Assembly: GCA_041613315.1 (NCBI GenBank)
Contig: JBFJHJ010000012.1
Location: 1-64,000 of the forward strand
DNA: 64,000 nt
Source of the DNA: Gemmatimonadales bacterium
GTDB taxonomy: Bacteria > Gemmatimonadota > Gemmatimonadetes > Gemmatimonadales > GWC2-71-9
Direction: 5' to 3'
Position 1 is the stretch's first letter, and each line of letters begins with the position of its first letter. The notes below the pieces were generated by a model, which ran no database searches, was not told the DNA's origin, and saw only the letters and a list, made by a program, of their open reading frames with translations. Below, one piece after another: positions 53,362 through 62,923 of the stretch. The position numbers and the translations under genes were made by a program.

Positions 53362-56198
53362 CGGCACGAGCGGCGCACCTCCTCCCGGGCGCGAGTGATT
53401 TGGGGCGCGAATGCCGGGTCGGCATCGGTCCACAGCTCGAGCACGCGGCTGAAGTGGCGGCAGGCGTCGGGTCGCCGGCCGCGGCGGGCCGCCTGGTCGC
53501 CGCGGACCCACATGACGTGTGGGCCAATGGCCCAGTCGATCTCCGCGGCCTGGGCGGGGCCGACGGGGATGCGGACGAATTCGAAGTGCTCGTACCAGAG
53601 GCGCGTCGAGTCGGCGGCTTCCGGCCGGCCGAGGCTGTCCAGCCAGGCGGCGCGCTGCACGTGCAGCAGGGCCCGGGCGAAGGGGTCGCCGCCCCGGGCC
53701 GCAGAGTCGAACGGCAGGAGGGCGGCCGACCGGGCGAGCGCGTCGCGGAACGCCCCGCGCGCCCCCAGGCCTGCCGCGTCGAGCTGGGCGCCGAGGCGCA
53801 CGGCGGCGGGGTCCAGCGCCAGCCCGCCCAGCACCTCCGCCCACCGTGCCGCCGCGGCGCCGTCACCGGCGGCGACCGCCAGCATGCCCAACGCCCAGGC
53901 CGCCCGCGGACGCAGCTCGGGCCTGCGGCGCGCCAGGGCCTCCAACTCGGCGCGGCCGGCCGCGACGGCGTCCGAGGTGAGGCCGGGGATCCCCAAGACT
54001 CTCCCGAGGACGCGCCATTCGGCCGGCTCGAGCCGCGCGGCGGGTGACCCCCGCAGGGCGGCCGCCGAGTCGAGGTGCGCGAGCCCACGCGGTATCTGGC
54101 CGAGCGCGATCCGCCCAAGGCCCTGACCCTCGTATGCGTCAGCTCGGGCCGCCGCGCTCGTCACGGGCGCGGCGGCCAGGGCCGCGCCCACCTCGGCCAG
54201 CGTTCGATACAGTCCCAGCATCGCCGTCAGACGGAAAGCCTCGGCGAGCGCGGCGGCGTCGTCAGGTTGGCTCAGGATCTCGCCCCGTGTGGCCGCCGCC
54301 CGCTCCGGGTGAAAACGCTCGGCGATCGCGAAGGCCATCAGCGGCGGCTGATAGAACTGCACCTCGTCTCGAGGAGCCGACACGGCCGTGAACCGCGGCA
54401 GCAGCCGCTCTGCCCGCTCCCGGTTGCCCTGTCGGATGTAGGCCCAGAGGAGATGATAGAGTGTCGGGGCGAAGCTGCTGTCGGTGCGGAGGGCGGTCTC
54501 GAGTCGCTCTGTGCTGGCGTCGAGTCCAATGCCGACGTGCGGTCCCCGACTCTGGCTCTCTTCGCCGTACAGGAAGGCGGCGTAGCCGTTGCGCGGGTAG
54601 CGCTCGGTGGCGAGGCGGTACGCGGCTAGCCGTGCCGCCTCCCCCGGTGCCAGTTGCGCCTCGATGAGCAGACTGTCGAGCTCGGGGAGGTCGCTGCCCC
54701 GTGTAGCGAGCAGCACGCGGAGGTCGACCGGGCCGTGCGGCTCCCCCGTCACGTTCCAGCGCCACGCGTTGGAGAGCCACCACGCGGCCAGCGGGAAGTC
54801 GGGATCGGCCCGTAACGCGTCCTCGAAGTGCGAGACCGCTGTTCGGAACGAGTTCCGCTTGAAGGCGCGAAGGCCGTCCAGAAAGCTGATCAGTGCCGGG
54901 TCACGCCGGGAGAGGGCGGTCGAGCCGGGATAGTCGGACTCGTGTTCAGGCGCCACGACACGCGCGATCAGGTGCCCCAGCCGGTGCCCCGCCGTCGAGA
55001 GCTCCGTGACGGCAAGCCTTCCGGCGTCCCTGCGGGTGCCGTCGCGGGCGATCAGATCGAGATCTACGGACAGGGGTCCGGTCGTGCGCGTCAGCGATCC
55101 GGACACCAGGTACCGCGCCCGGGCTTCGTGGATGCATTTCGAGGTGAGTTGATCCGGCGGACTGCCGCAGGTCTTCCGCCACGCCTCGACGTCGCCGGCG
55201 CTCGCGAGCCTGAGTTGAGCGCGCCGCATGAACGGCTCGAGATTGTACCGGGTGAGCGTGGTGAGGTCCTCCGCGATCGTCGAATCGCCGGGGCCGCCGC
55301 TGAACGGGAGTACGGCGACATCCGATGTGGTCGTCGGCGGCCACAAGAGACTGATGGCGGCGAGTGCCCCGGCCACGACCCCGCCGAGCGTCAGCAGCAA
55401 CGTCCGGCGGCGGTATTTCCGCGTGCGGGTCCGCCAGATGGCGCGACGGAAGGTGCGGGCGTCGGGCCATCGGTCGGGAGGACTCCACGCGAGGGCCTTT
55501 CGCAGGAGCGGTATCATGCGGCGCGGCACGCCCGACCAATCGGGCTTTTCTTCCGGCAGCATCGCGGTCCAGCGGCGGCCGGTGAACGCTTCGTAGACCA
55601 CCATCGCCGCCGCGTAGAGATCGGTCCGGACGCTGATGTTCCAGCCGAAGGCATGCTCGGGCGGCATGTAGCCGGGCGTCCCGGAGATGCCGTCGCCCGT
55701 CGTGGCGCCACTGTGGAGATCCCGGGCGATCCCGAAGTCACAAAGGAGTGCGCGGTCGGCGAGGAGAAAGATGTTCGTGGGCTTGATGTCGCGGTGGATC
55801 ACGCCCAGCCCGTGCACCGCCTCGAGGGCGTCCAGCAGGTCACGGCCGAGCTTGAGCGCTTCGGGCGGCGAGAGCGGCCCCGACGCGAGCCGGTCGGCGA
55901 GGGTCTCGCCCTCGATGTAGTCCATGACGTAATACGGGAGCCCGTCCGCCTCGCCGGCCCGATGCACGGGAACGACGTTGGGGTGGGTGAGGCTCGCGAG
56001 CACCCGCGCCTCCCGGAGGAAGCGCTCGACCGCGCGCGCCGTGGCCAGCTCGGGACGGAGGATCTTGACGGCGACCGGGCGCTGGAGTACGGCGTCCCGG
56101 GCGAGGAAGACCGTCCCCATGCCGCCACGCACTAGCAGACGCTCGACCTCGTACTCGGGCGCGAGGGCGGTCCGCAGGCGTTCCAGGATGGTGACCAT
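53358..56198 (-). CDS. Hanks-type Ser/Thr protein kinase with hydrophobic segment, TolB-N-like region and TPRs
   Basis: GGMGTVFLA, VAVK, HRDIKPTN, DFG, GTPGYMPPE; VAVLPF; C-terminal W..ADP TPR end. Confidence 0.9.
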   Translation of the reverse strand: MVTILERLRTALAPEYEVERLLVRGGMGTVFLARDAVLQRPVAVKILRPELATARAVERFLREARVLASLTHPNVVPVHRAGEADGLPYYVMDYIEGETLADRLASGPLSPPEALKLGRDLLDALEAVHGLGVIHRDIKPTNIFLLADRALLCDFGIARDLHSGATTGDGISGTPGYMPPEHAFGWNISVRTDLYAAAMVVYEAFTGRRWTAMLPEEKPDWSGVPRRMIPLLRKALAWSPPDRWPDARTFRRAIWRTRTRKYRRRTLLLTLGGVVAGALAAISLLWPPTTTSDVAVLPFSGGPGDSTIAEDLTTLTRYNLEPFMRRAQLRLASAGDVEAWRKTCGSPPDQLTSKCIHEARARYLVSGSLTRTTGPLSVDLDLIARDGTRRDAGRLAVTELSTAGHRLGHLIARVVAPEHESDYPGSTALSRRDPALISFLDGLRAFKRNSFRTAVSHFEDALRADPDFPLAAWWLSNAWRWNVTGEPHGPVDLRVLLATRGSDLPELDSLLIEAQLAPGEAARLAAYRLATERYPRNGYAAFLYGEESQSRGPHVGIGLDASTERLETALRTDSSFAPTLYHLLWAYIRQGNRERAERLLPRFTAVSAPRDEVQFYQPPLMAFAIAERFHPERAAATRGEILSQPDDAAALAEAFRLTAMLGLYRTLAEVGAALAAAPVTSAAARADAYEGQGLGRIALGQIPRGLAHLDSAAALRGSPAARLEPAEWRVLGRVLGIPGLTSDAVAAGRAELEALARRRPELRPRAAWALGMLAVAAGDGAAAARWAEVLGGLALDPAAVRLGAQLDAAGLGARGAFRDALARSAALLPFDSAARGGDPFARALLHVQRAAWLDSLGRPEAADSTRLWYEHFEFVRIPVGPAQAAEIDWAIGPHVMWVRGDQAARRGRRPDACRHFSRVLELWTDADPAFAPQITRAREEVRRSCR

Positions 56199-56329
56199 GG
56201 CTCCCCGTACCGGACCGGGCGGGTGGCCCGGCGGCAGGGGATAGCGTAGAGAGCGGGAGGGACCGGGTCAAGCGCACAGACGCCCCGGGCGGGGCGCCCG
56301 GGGCTCCGTGCATCCGACCGGTGGAGATG

Positions 56330-56833
56330 TTACGGGATCAGTACCGTGTCGATCACGTGGATCACGCCGTTGGACGCTCTGATGTCGGTCGCGGTGACCT
56401 TGGCCTTGTCCACCATCACCGTACCACCATGCACCATGATCGAGATGCTCTTGCCCTGCACGGTCTTCGCCGACGAAAGCTTCACGACGTCACCCGCCAT
56501 GACGACACCGGGGACGACGTGGTAGGTGAGGACCGCCGTCAGCTTGGCCTTATCCGCCAGCAGCGCGTCCAGCGTCCCCGCGGGGAGTTTCTGGAACGCC
56601 TCGTCGGTCGGCGCGAAGACGGTGAACGGACCGGGGCCCGTGAGCACGTCCACCAGCCCAGCGGCCTTGAGGGCCGTCGCCAGCGTCGTGAACGAACCGG
56701 CGGCCACCGCCGTCTGCACGATGTCTTTCTCGGCCCGGGTGGCCTTCTTCTCCTTGTACTGCGCCGCGAGCGGGCCCGCCAAGAGGGGGCTCAGCGCCAG
56801 CGCGGCGATCGCGATCAGCATCGTCCTCTTCAT
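56330..56833 (-). CDS. Exported fasciclin (FAS1) domain protein
   Basis: [30 protein letters not shown]. Confidence 0.95.
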   Translation of the reverse strand: MKRTMLIAIAALALSPLLAGPLAAQYKEKKATRAEKDIVQTAVAAGSFTTLATALKAAGLVDVLTGPGPFTVFAPTDEAFQKLPAGTLDALLADKAKLTAVLTYHVVPGVVMAGDVVKLSSAKTVQGKSISIMVHGGTVMVDKAKVTATDIRASNGVIHVIDTVLIP

Positions 56834-56906
56834 TATGGATCTCCTTTACTAGTCGAGTGCGAGCTCCCGGCCGGCGGCCGGGAGCCGGTGACGAGGTGGT
56901 GCCCGT

Positions 56907-57128
56907 TTAGGCCCGGGCAGGCGCCAGGTGCCAGCGGCGCTGAATGGCCTTCCAGCCGAGGCCCTGGTAAATGGCGGCGAGGCCCACCAGCGCGTACACG
57001 GTGCGGCTCAGCGCGCTCATGTCGCCGAGCAGGGTGGCGACCAGGTCGAAGTCCAGCACACCCACGAGGCCCCAGTTGAGACCGCCCACGACGAGCAGGA
57101 TCGCGACGGTGATGTCGAGCGCTTTCAC
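56907..57128 (-). CDS. DUF378-family small membrane protein
   Basis: LLVVGGLNWGLVG..FDLVA..G....RTVY.LVGLAA; RBS GGAGG. Confidence 0.9.
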   Translation of the reverse strand: MKALDITVAILLVVGGLNWGLVGVLDFDLVATLLGDMSALSRTVYALVGLAAIYQGLGWKAIQRRWHLAPARA

Positions 57129-57157
57129 TTGTCCCTCCGTTGCAGAGTGGCATAGTC

Positions 57158-57227
57158 TGTCTATTGATTGTCTAGGACGATACTAGGGCGGTTGCTTTTT
57201 GTCAAGTCTGTGTCTAGTTTCTGTCTA
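57158..57227. promoter_or_regulatory. CarH/LitR-type operator (11-bp-spaced direct repeats) overlapping a sigma70 promoter for DUF378-fasciclin
   Basis: TGTCTA/TGTCAA at 57158, 57169, 57200, 57211, 57222; minus-strand TTGACA (57205-57200)-17 nt-TATCGT (57182-57177). Confidence 0.75.
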
Positions 57228-57294
57228 AGTATCGACGCTACGCGGGTTTATTGGGGGGCTTGCAAGGGGGACTCGCCGAGGACGGAGAGGCGAC

Positions 57295-58227
57295 GTGAGC
57301 GACCAGCGACATCCGATCCAGGTCGTGGCTCGGCGGACGGGCCTCTCGGCGGACGTGCTGCGGGCCTGGGAGAAGCGCTACGACGCCGTCACGCCGGAGC
57401 GGACGGCCACGGGGCGGCGGGTGTATTCCGATGCCGATATCGACCGGCTGCGCCTCCTGAAGCGGCTCACGGTGGGCGGCCGCAGTATCGGGCAGATCGC
57501 AGCGCTCCCGAGTGCGGACCTGGTGGCGCTGGTGCGCGAGGACGCTTCCGAGGCCGCCCGGGCGGCCCCCGCTCCCGGGAGCGCCCCCTCACTGGGCCTC
57601 GCAGCGCCGACCGTCGCCCGCGCGCTGGCGGCGGTGAAGGCGCTGGATGGTGAGGCACTCGATTCGGTGCTCGCGCGCGCCGTGGTTGCCCTTCGGGCGC
57701 CTGAGATGATCGACCAGGTGGCAGTGCCGCTCCTCGAGCAGGTGGGGGCGGAATGGCAGGCGGGCCGCCTTGGCGTTGCGGAGGAGCACCTCGCCTCCGG
57801 GGTGCTCCGTCGGGTGCTCGGCCAACTCCTGAGCTCCAGCGCACCGGCAAGTGCCCCCCGGCTGGTCGCGGCGACGCTCCAGGGCGAGCGTCATGAGTTC
57901 GGCGCCCTGCTCGCCGCCGCGAGCGCGGTCGCCACCGGCTGGCCGGTTACCTACCTCGGCGCGGACCTCCCCGCCAACGACATCGCTGCGGCCGCGCGGC
58001 ACCAGGACGCCCGCGCGGTGGCGCTGAGCATCGTTTGTCCCACGACCGGCGCCGATATCGCACGGGAGGTGGCGGCGCTCACGGACGCCCTTCCGAAGGA
58101 AATGACGCTCGTCGTGGGCGGCCGAGCCGCGGCGCGCTACCATGCCGCCCTCGCGGACGCCGGCGCGGTCCACCTCGCGGACTTCGCCGCGCTGCGCGCG
58201 TATCTGGCGTCGGTGGAGCCGCTCTAG
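57295..58227 (+). CDS. carH: CarH/LitR-family MerR regulator, adenosylcobalamin-binding photoreceptor
   Basis: MerR HTH with RAWEKRY; W-x9-EH (WQAGRLGVAEEH); ExHxxG (ERHEFG); YLGADLP. Confidence 0.85.
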   Translation: MSDQRHPIQVVARRTGLSADVLRAWEKRYDAVTPERTATGRRVYSDADIDRLRLLKRLTVGGRSIGQIAALPSADLVALVREDASEAARAAPAPGSAPSLGLAAPTVARALAAVKALDGEALDSVLARAVVALRAPEMIDQVAVPLLEQVGAEWQAGRLGVAEEHLASGVLRRVLGQLLSSSAPASAPRLVAATLQGERHEFGALLAAASAVATGWPVTYLGADLPANDIAAAARHQDARAVALSIVCPTTGADIAREVAALTDALPKEMTLVVGGRAAARYHAALADAGAVHLADFAALRAYLASVEPL

Positions 58228-58387
58228 GGGACGCGCCGTTTGCGGTCCGCAATCCGTGTGGTCCCGTCAGCCCATCTCAGGGGCGGGGATCGACGACGTT
58301 GGCGCGGGGCTGCGTTCGACGCCCCGCCGCTCCGGATCGCGGACTGCCGATGGCCGTGAGCGCGCTTGGCCTCACAGCAAACAGACG

Positions 58388-60544
58388 TCACTCCCGGAAC
58401 GGGCTGGTCTCGAAGAAGCTCGTCTGCCGAAACATCTCGTTCGCCAGCTCCCCGGCGCGCCTCGCGCGCGCGAGGCGCGCCGAGTCCGGGGGTGCCGCCG
58501 CGTCGGCCTGCTGCTGGACGGCGAACTCGGCGAACCCGTTGTACACGAGCGCGTACAGCGAGAGGATCCCTTCCGAGGGCTCGTCGATCCAGCCGCGGGG
58601 CCGGTCGCGCGCGGCGCTCTCCGGGTGATATACGTCGAACAGCAGGCTCTCCGTGCGCACCATGTCGGTCCACCCCAGGCCGGAGAGGCGCACCACGGTG
58701 TCGGAGCCGCGCACCGAATCGGGCAGCAGCTTGCGGGCGAGGCCATGACCCACGACATAGGGGCGGAACCCCAGGGCGTCCGGATACCCGCCCGTAGTGC
58801 GCGAGAAATACACCGGCCGGCGACCCAGGTTGTCGCGGATGAGCTGCAGCGTCACGATGTCCGCGCGGGCGAGGTACGCGGCGCCCAGCAGGGCTTGAAG
58901 CTCCCCGACGCGGAACATGTTGCGATCTCCGACGGGATAGACCTCGGGCAGGGCGTCGATTTGGGCGTACGACCAGCTGATCGCCGGCTCGGTCGGTCGC
59001 GGCCACGACCGGCCGGCGTACGGGGGGATCGCGCGGCTCGAGTCGAACGCCTCGATCGGTCGCCGTTTGAGTTGACGGATGTGCCAGAAGGTGTTCATCA
59101 GGGAGAGATTCGCCACCAGCACGTCGCGCCGCACCCCCTCGACCTCCTGCGCGTACCAGAGCGGGAACGTGTCGTTGTCCCCCGACGTGATCAGAATCCC
59201 GTAGGGCTCGACGGACTGGAGCAGGTCCCACGCGAAGTCGCGAGGCATCGTCTCGCCGGCCCGGGACGCCGTGAGGTGGTTGCCCCACAAGGGAAGGAGG
59301 GCGAGCAGCAAGACGGGCGTCGCCGGTGCCACGCCTACGGCGTGCGGGAGGCGCTTCCCCACCCACGCCAGGATGGTGCCGAAGCCGAGCGCCGCCCAGA
59401 CCCCCCAGAGCTGGAATGAGGCGATGAAGAAGTAGTCGCGCTCGCGAACTTCGCGGTCGATGTTCTCGCCGGGCCGGATGGAGTAGCCGTAGCGGAAGTT
59501 CAGGTAGAACACGAGGACGACCGTGACGGTCACCATGAGCGCCGTCATGGCCACGGCGCCCCGGCGGTCGCGCTGCCAATGTTCCACCGCGCCCACCAGC
59601 CCGAGCGCGCCGAAGAGCGCCGCCAAGCCGCCGCGGAGCGCCGTCCCCCAATCGTGGGCGAACTGCCAGGTGAAGTACTGCACGTAGTTGGCGTACTGCC
59701 ACAGCAGGTCGGCTTGGCGCTGGAACAGCGACCCCTTCTGGTACTGATCCCGGTTGAGCACTGCGAGCAGCGCGTCCCAGGTCGTGGGCTCGCCCTCGTT
59801 GATTGCCGGAAAGTGCTTGGCGCGGAACCACAAGAAGGCGAAGACCGTGAGGCCGGCTCCGAACGCCAGGGCGCCGGCCGCCCACATGCGCCACCGGACG
59901 AGCACCGTGGGGTCGGTGTAGAGCACGTACACCAGAATCGCCGGCGCGACCAGCAGGCCCATCAGGTGGTTCGTCGCGCTCAGCCCTATGAGGTAGGCGA
60001 TCACGATCAGCCAGTGATCGCGCCGCTCGCCGGCGGGTTGGTCGCCCCAGTGTACCACGAGCCACAGCACCAGGGCGATCGAGAACAGGCTCAGCGTGTA
60101 GACCTTCTCGTTCACGACCGATTGGTTCCAGACCGTGAAGCTGGTGGCCCCCACCAAGACCCCAGCCAACGCCGCTCCGAGCCGTGCCCAGCGCGGGCCC
60201 GGTAGGACCGTCTGGAGGAACCGCTCGGCGACCAGAAAGAGGAAACCCGACGCCAGGGCGCTCGCCAGTGCCGAGAGGAGGTTGATCACGAGGGCGTAGT
60301 TGCCGACGAAGCCGAGCAGGTCGCCCCATACGTGTGCCAGGATGACGAACAGCGGGTTGCCGGGCGGATGCGGGATGCCCAGCACCTTGGCCGCGGCGAT
60401 GTACTCGGACGTATCCCAGAACTGGGTCGTCGGGGCGATCGTCAGGAGGTAGATCGCGAAGACGATCAGCGCGACGAGCACCGCGGGCCCGTAGGGCGGG
60501 CGAGTTTCGGGCTGCGTGGCTGGCGTGGTCGCCGTTGTGGTCAT
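58388..60544 (-). CDS. DUF2723 multi-pass membrane protein (TMEM260-like putative GT-C glycosyltransferase)
   Basis: WDTSEY, GIPHPPGNP, EKVY, RERDYF, GDNDTFPLWYAQEVEGVRRDV. Confidence 0.85.
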   Translation of the reverse strand: MTTTATTPATQPETRPPYGPAVLVALIVFAIYLLTIAPTTQFWDTSEYIAAAKVLGIPHPPGNPLFVILAHVWGDLLGFVGNYALVINLLSALASALASGFLFLVAERFLQTVLPGPRWARLGAALAGVLVGATSFTVWNQSVVNEKVYTLSLFSIALVLWLVVHWGDQPAGERRDHWLIVIAYLIGLSATNHLMGLLVAPAILVYVLYTDPTVLVRWRMWAAGALAFGAGLTVFAFLWFRAKHFPAINEGEPTTWDALLAVLNRDQYQKGSLFQRQADLLWQYANYVQYFTWQFAHDWGTALRGGLAALFGALGLVGAVEHWQRDRRGAVAMTALMVTVTVVLVFYLNFRYGYSIRPGENIDREVRERDYFFIASFQLWGVWAALGFGTILAWVGKRLPHAVGVAPATPVLLLALLPLWGNHLTASRAGETMPRDFAWDLLQSVEPYGILITSGDNDTFPLWYAQEVEGVRRDVLVANLSLMNTFWHIRQLKRRPIEAFDSSRAIPPYAGRSWPRPTEPAISWSYAQIDALPEVYPVGDRNMFRVGELQALLGAAYLARADIVTLQLIRDNLGRRPVYFSRTTGGYPDALGFRPYVVGHGLARKLLPDSVRGSDTVVRLSGLGWTDMVRTESLLFDVYHPESAARDRPRGWIDEPSEGILSLYALVYNGFAEFAVQQQADAAAPPDSARLARARRAGELANEMFRQTSFFETSPFRE

Positions 60545-60616
60545 CAGCAGCTCATGTGTCGAAGAGAGGACGGGGCCCCGGACACCGTATCAGGGACAAC
60601 GGGGAACGGCATCCGC

Positions 60617-62149
60617 TCAATGTCTGAACTGCCGCCGGCCCGTGAGGACCATGGCGATCCCGTGCGCGTCGGCCGCCGCTGTAACATCGTCGTCCCGGAC
60701 CGAGCCGCCGGGCTGGATGATCGCGCTGATCCCGGCCCCGGCCGCTTGCTCGATGCCGTCCGCAAACGGAAAGAAGGCATCCGACGCGAGCACCGCCCCC
60801 GCGGGGTCATGGCCCGCCTCGCGCGCCTTGTGGACGGCCAGGAAGGCGGCGTCGACGCGGCTCATCTGGCCGGCTCCGATGCCGACGGCCGCCTCGCGCC
60901 TGGCCAGGAGGATGGCGTTCGACTTGACGCCGGCCACTGCGGCCCAGGCGAACCGGAGGTCGCGCCATTCGGCGTCGTTCGGGCCGCGCTGCGTGCAGAC
61001 GCTCCAGCCGGTCTCACGCGGTTCGAACACGAACCGGTCCTGCACGAGGAACCCGCCGCGCACGCGCTTGAAGTCCAAGGCTGGACGCGTATCGGCGATC
61101 GGCAACTCGACGACGCGCAGATTCTTCTTTCGCTGGAAGACCGGAAGCGCGTCATCGTGGAACCGGGGAGCGACGACGACCTCCACGAACAGCTCGCGCA
61201 TCGCCTCCGCGGTCTCGGCGTCCACCACGGTGTTGAAGGCCACCACTGATCCGAACGCCGAGGTGGGGTCCGTGGCAAGCGCTGCGCGGAACGCCTCCGC
61301 CGGCGTTCCGCCCAACGCGATGCCACACGGCGTCGTGTGCTTGATGACGGCGCAGGCGGTGCGGTCGGGCCACGGCGCGAGGGCCACCGTGGCGCCCTCG
61401 ATGTCGAGCAGGTTGTTGAACGACAGCTCCTTGCCGTGGAGCTGCGACAGCGCGTCCACGCCCCGGCCCTCGCCGCTCGCATACAGCCCCGCTCGCTGAA
61501 ACGGGTTCTCGCCGTAGCGGAGCGGTTGCAGGCGGTCGAGCACGAGGCTCAGCGCGGGCGGCAGGCCCTCGCCCGCCGGCGCGAGGTAGCGGGCGATCGC
61601 GGCATCGTACGCCGCGGTGTGGCTGAACACGCGGGTGGCCAGCTCGCGCCGGAAGTCGTCGGGGACCGCCCCGTCCCGAAGCGCGGCCAGCACTCGATCG
61701 TAGTCGGACGGGTCGGTCACGACGAGCACCCAGCGGTGGTTCTTCGCCGCGGAACGAAGCATCCAGGGGCCGCCGATGTCGATCTGCTCGATGGCGTCCT
61801 CCGGACGCGTGGCCGGGTTCGCGACGGTTTGGCGAAACGGGTAGAGATTCACCGCCACGAGGTCGATGGCGGTGAAGTCATGCGTCTCCAGCGCCTCGAG
61901 ATGCGCGGGCGTGTCGCGGCGGGCGAGGAGCGCGGCGTGCACCGCGGGGTGCAGCGTCTTGACGCGGCCGTCCATGATTTCGGGAAACCCGGTGACGTGC
62001 TCGATCCCGATGACGGGGAGCCCGGCGTCGCGCAGCGCCCGCGCGGTCCCCCCGGTGGAAATGATCTCCCAGCCGAGGGCGACGAGGCCGCGGGTGAACG
62101 CCACGACGCCGGTCTTGTCCGATACCGAGATGAGGGCTCGTCGCGTCAT
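60617..62149 (-). CDS. purH: Bifunctional AICAR transformylase / IMP cyclohydrolase
   Basis: RALISVSDK, STGGT, GRVKTLHP, DIGGP, LRYGENP, GAGQMSRVD, SDAFFPF, GRRQFRH. Confidence 0.97.
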   Translation of the reverse strand: MTRRALISVSDKTGVVAFTRGLVALGWEIISTGGTARALRDAGLPVIGIEHVTGFPEIMDGRVKTLHPAVHAALLARRDTPAHLEALETHDFTAIDLVAVNLYPFRQTVANPATRPEDAIEQIDIGGPWMLRSAAKNHRWVLVVTDPSDYDRVLAALRDGAVPDDFRRELATRVFSHTAAYDAAIARYLAPAGEGLPPALSLVLDRLQPLRYGENPFQRAGLYASGEGRGVDALSQLHGKELSFNNLLDIEGATVALAPWPDRTACAVIKHTTPCGIALGGTPAEAFRAALATDPTSAFGSVVAFNTVVDAETAEAMRELFVEVVVAPRFHDDALPVFQRKKNLRVVELPIADTRPALDFKRVRGGFLVQDRFVFEPRETGWSVCTQRGPNDAEWRDLRFAWAAVAGVKSNAILLARREAAVGIGAGQMSRVDAAFLAVHKAREAGHDPAGAVLASDAFFPFADGIEQAAGAGISAIIQPGGSVRDDDVTAAADAHGIAMVLTGRRQFRH

Positions 62150-62871
62150 CCGTCGTCGGTCGTCCGTTCCCCTTGGGGTCGGTGGATCCGTCCCGCGGCC
62201 GCCGTCGCCCGCCCCTCGCCGTCGTCCGCGGGCATCAGGCGGTCCGCGATCGTTCGTGGATCGGCGCGCACGTCGAAGGCGCCGCCCCGGGGTACGAGCC
62301 GCACCACGCGCCCTGCGCGCGCGGCGGCCCGTACGACGGCCGGGAGTAACCGGTGCTCGACGGCCAGCACCCGGGCGGCCAGCGTCTCCGGCGTGTCGCC
62401 CGGGGCGACCGGCACCGGCCACTGCGCGACGATCGGGCCGCGGTCGTATTCCGCCGTCACGAGGTGCACGGAGACACCCGAGATCGCGGCACCGGAGGCC
62501 AGCACTGCCTCGTGCACCCTCCGCCCGTACATGCCGGCGCCGCCGAAGGCGGGCAGCAGCGCCGGATGGATGTTCACCATGCGGGCTCGGAACGCGGCGA
62601 CCACGGGTTCCGGCACCAGTTTCAGGTAGCCCGCGAGAATCACGAGATCGACCCGGTGCGCCCTGAGCAGCGCGACGATGGCCGCGCCGTCGGCGGGATC
62701 CGCGATCAGCGCCGTCGCCACGCCGGCCGCACGTGCCCGCTCCAGCGCTCCCGCGTCCCGGCGATTGCTCGCCACGAGCGCCACGCGCGCGAGCGCATCG
62801 TCCCGAAGGTCGTCCAGGAGCGCCTGCAGATTGGTCCCGCTCCCCGACGCCAGCACCGCGACCCGCATCAT
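62146..62871 (-). CDS. purN: Phosphoribosylglycinamide formyltransferase
   Basis: VLASGSGTNLQA, LAGY, NIHPALLP, YDRGPI, EH. Confidence 0.95.
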   Translation of the reverse strand: MMRVAVLASGSGTNLQALLDDLRDDALARVALVASNRRDAGALERARAAGVATALIADPADGAAIVALLRAHRVDLVILAGYLKLVPEPVVAAFRARMVNIHPALLPAFGGAGMYGRRVHEAVLASGAAISGVSVHLVTAEYDRGPIVAQWPVPVAPGDTPETLAARVLAVEHRLLPAVVRAAARAGRVVRLVPRGGAFDVRADPRTIADRLMPADDGEGRATAAAGRIHRPQGERTTDDG

Positions 62872-62923
62872 GCGCGGGGCAATCTCGTCATCGGGCCGCC
62901 GATCCACAATGCTCGCGAGGTCA

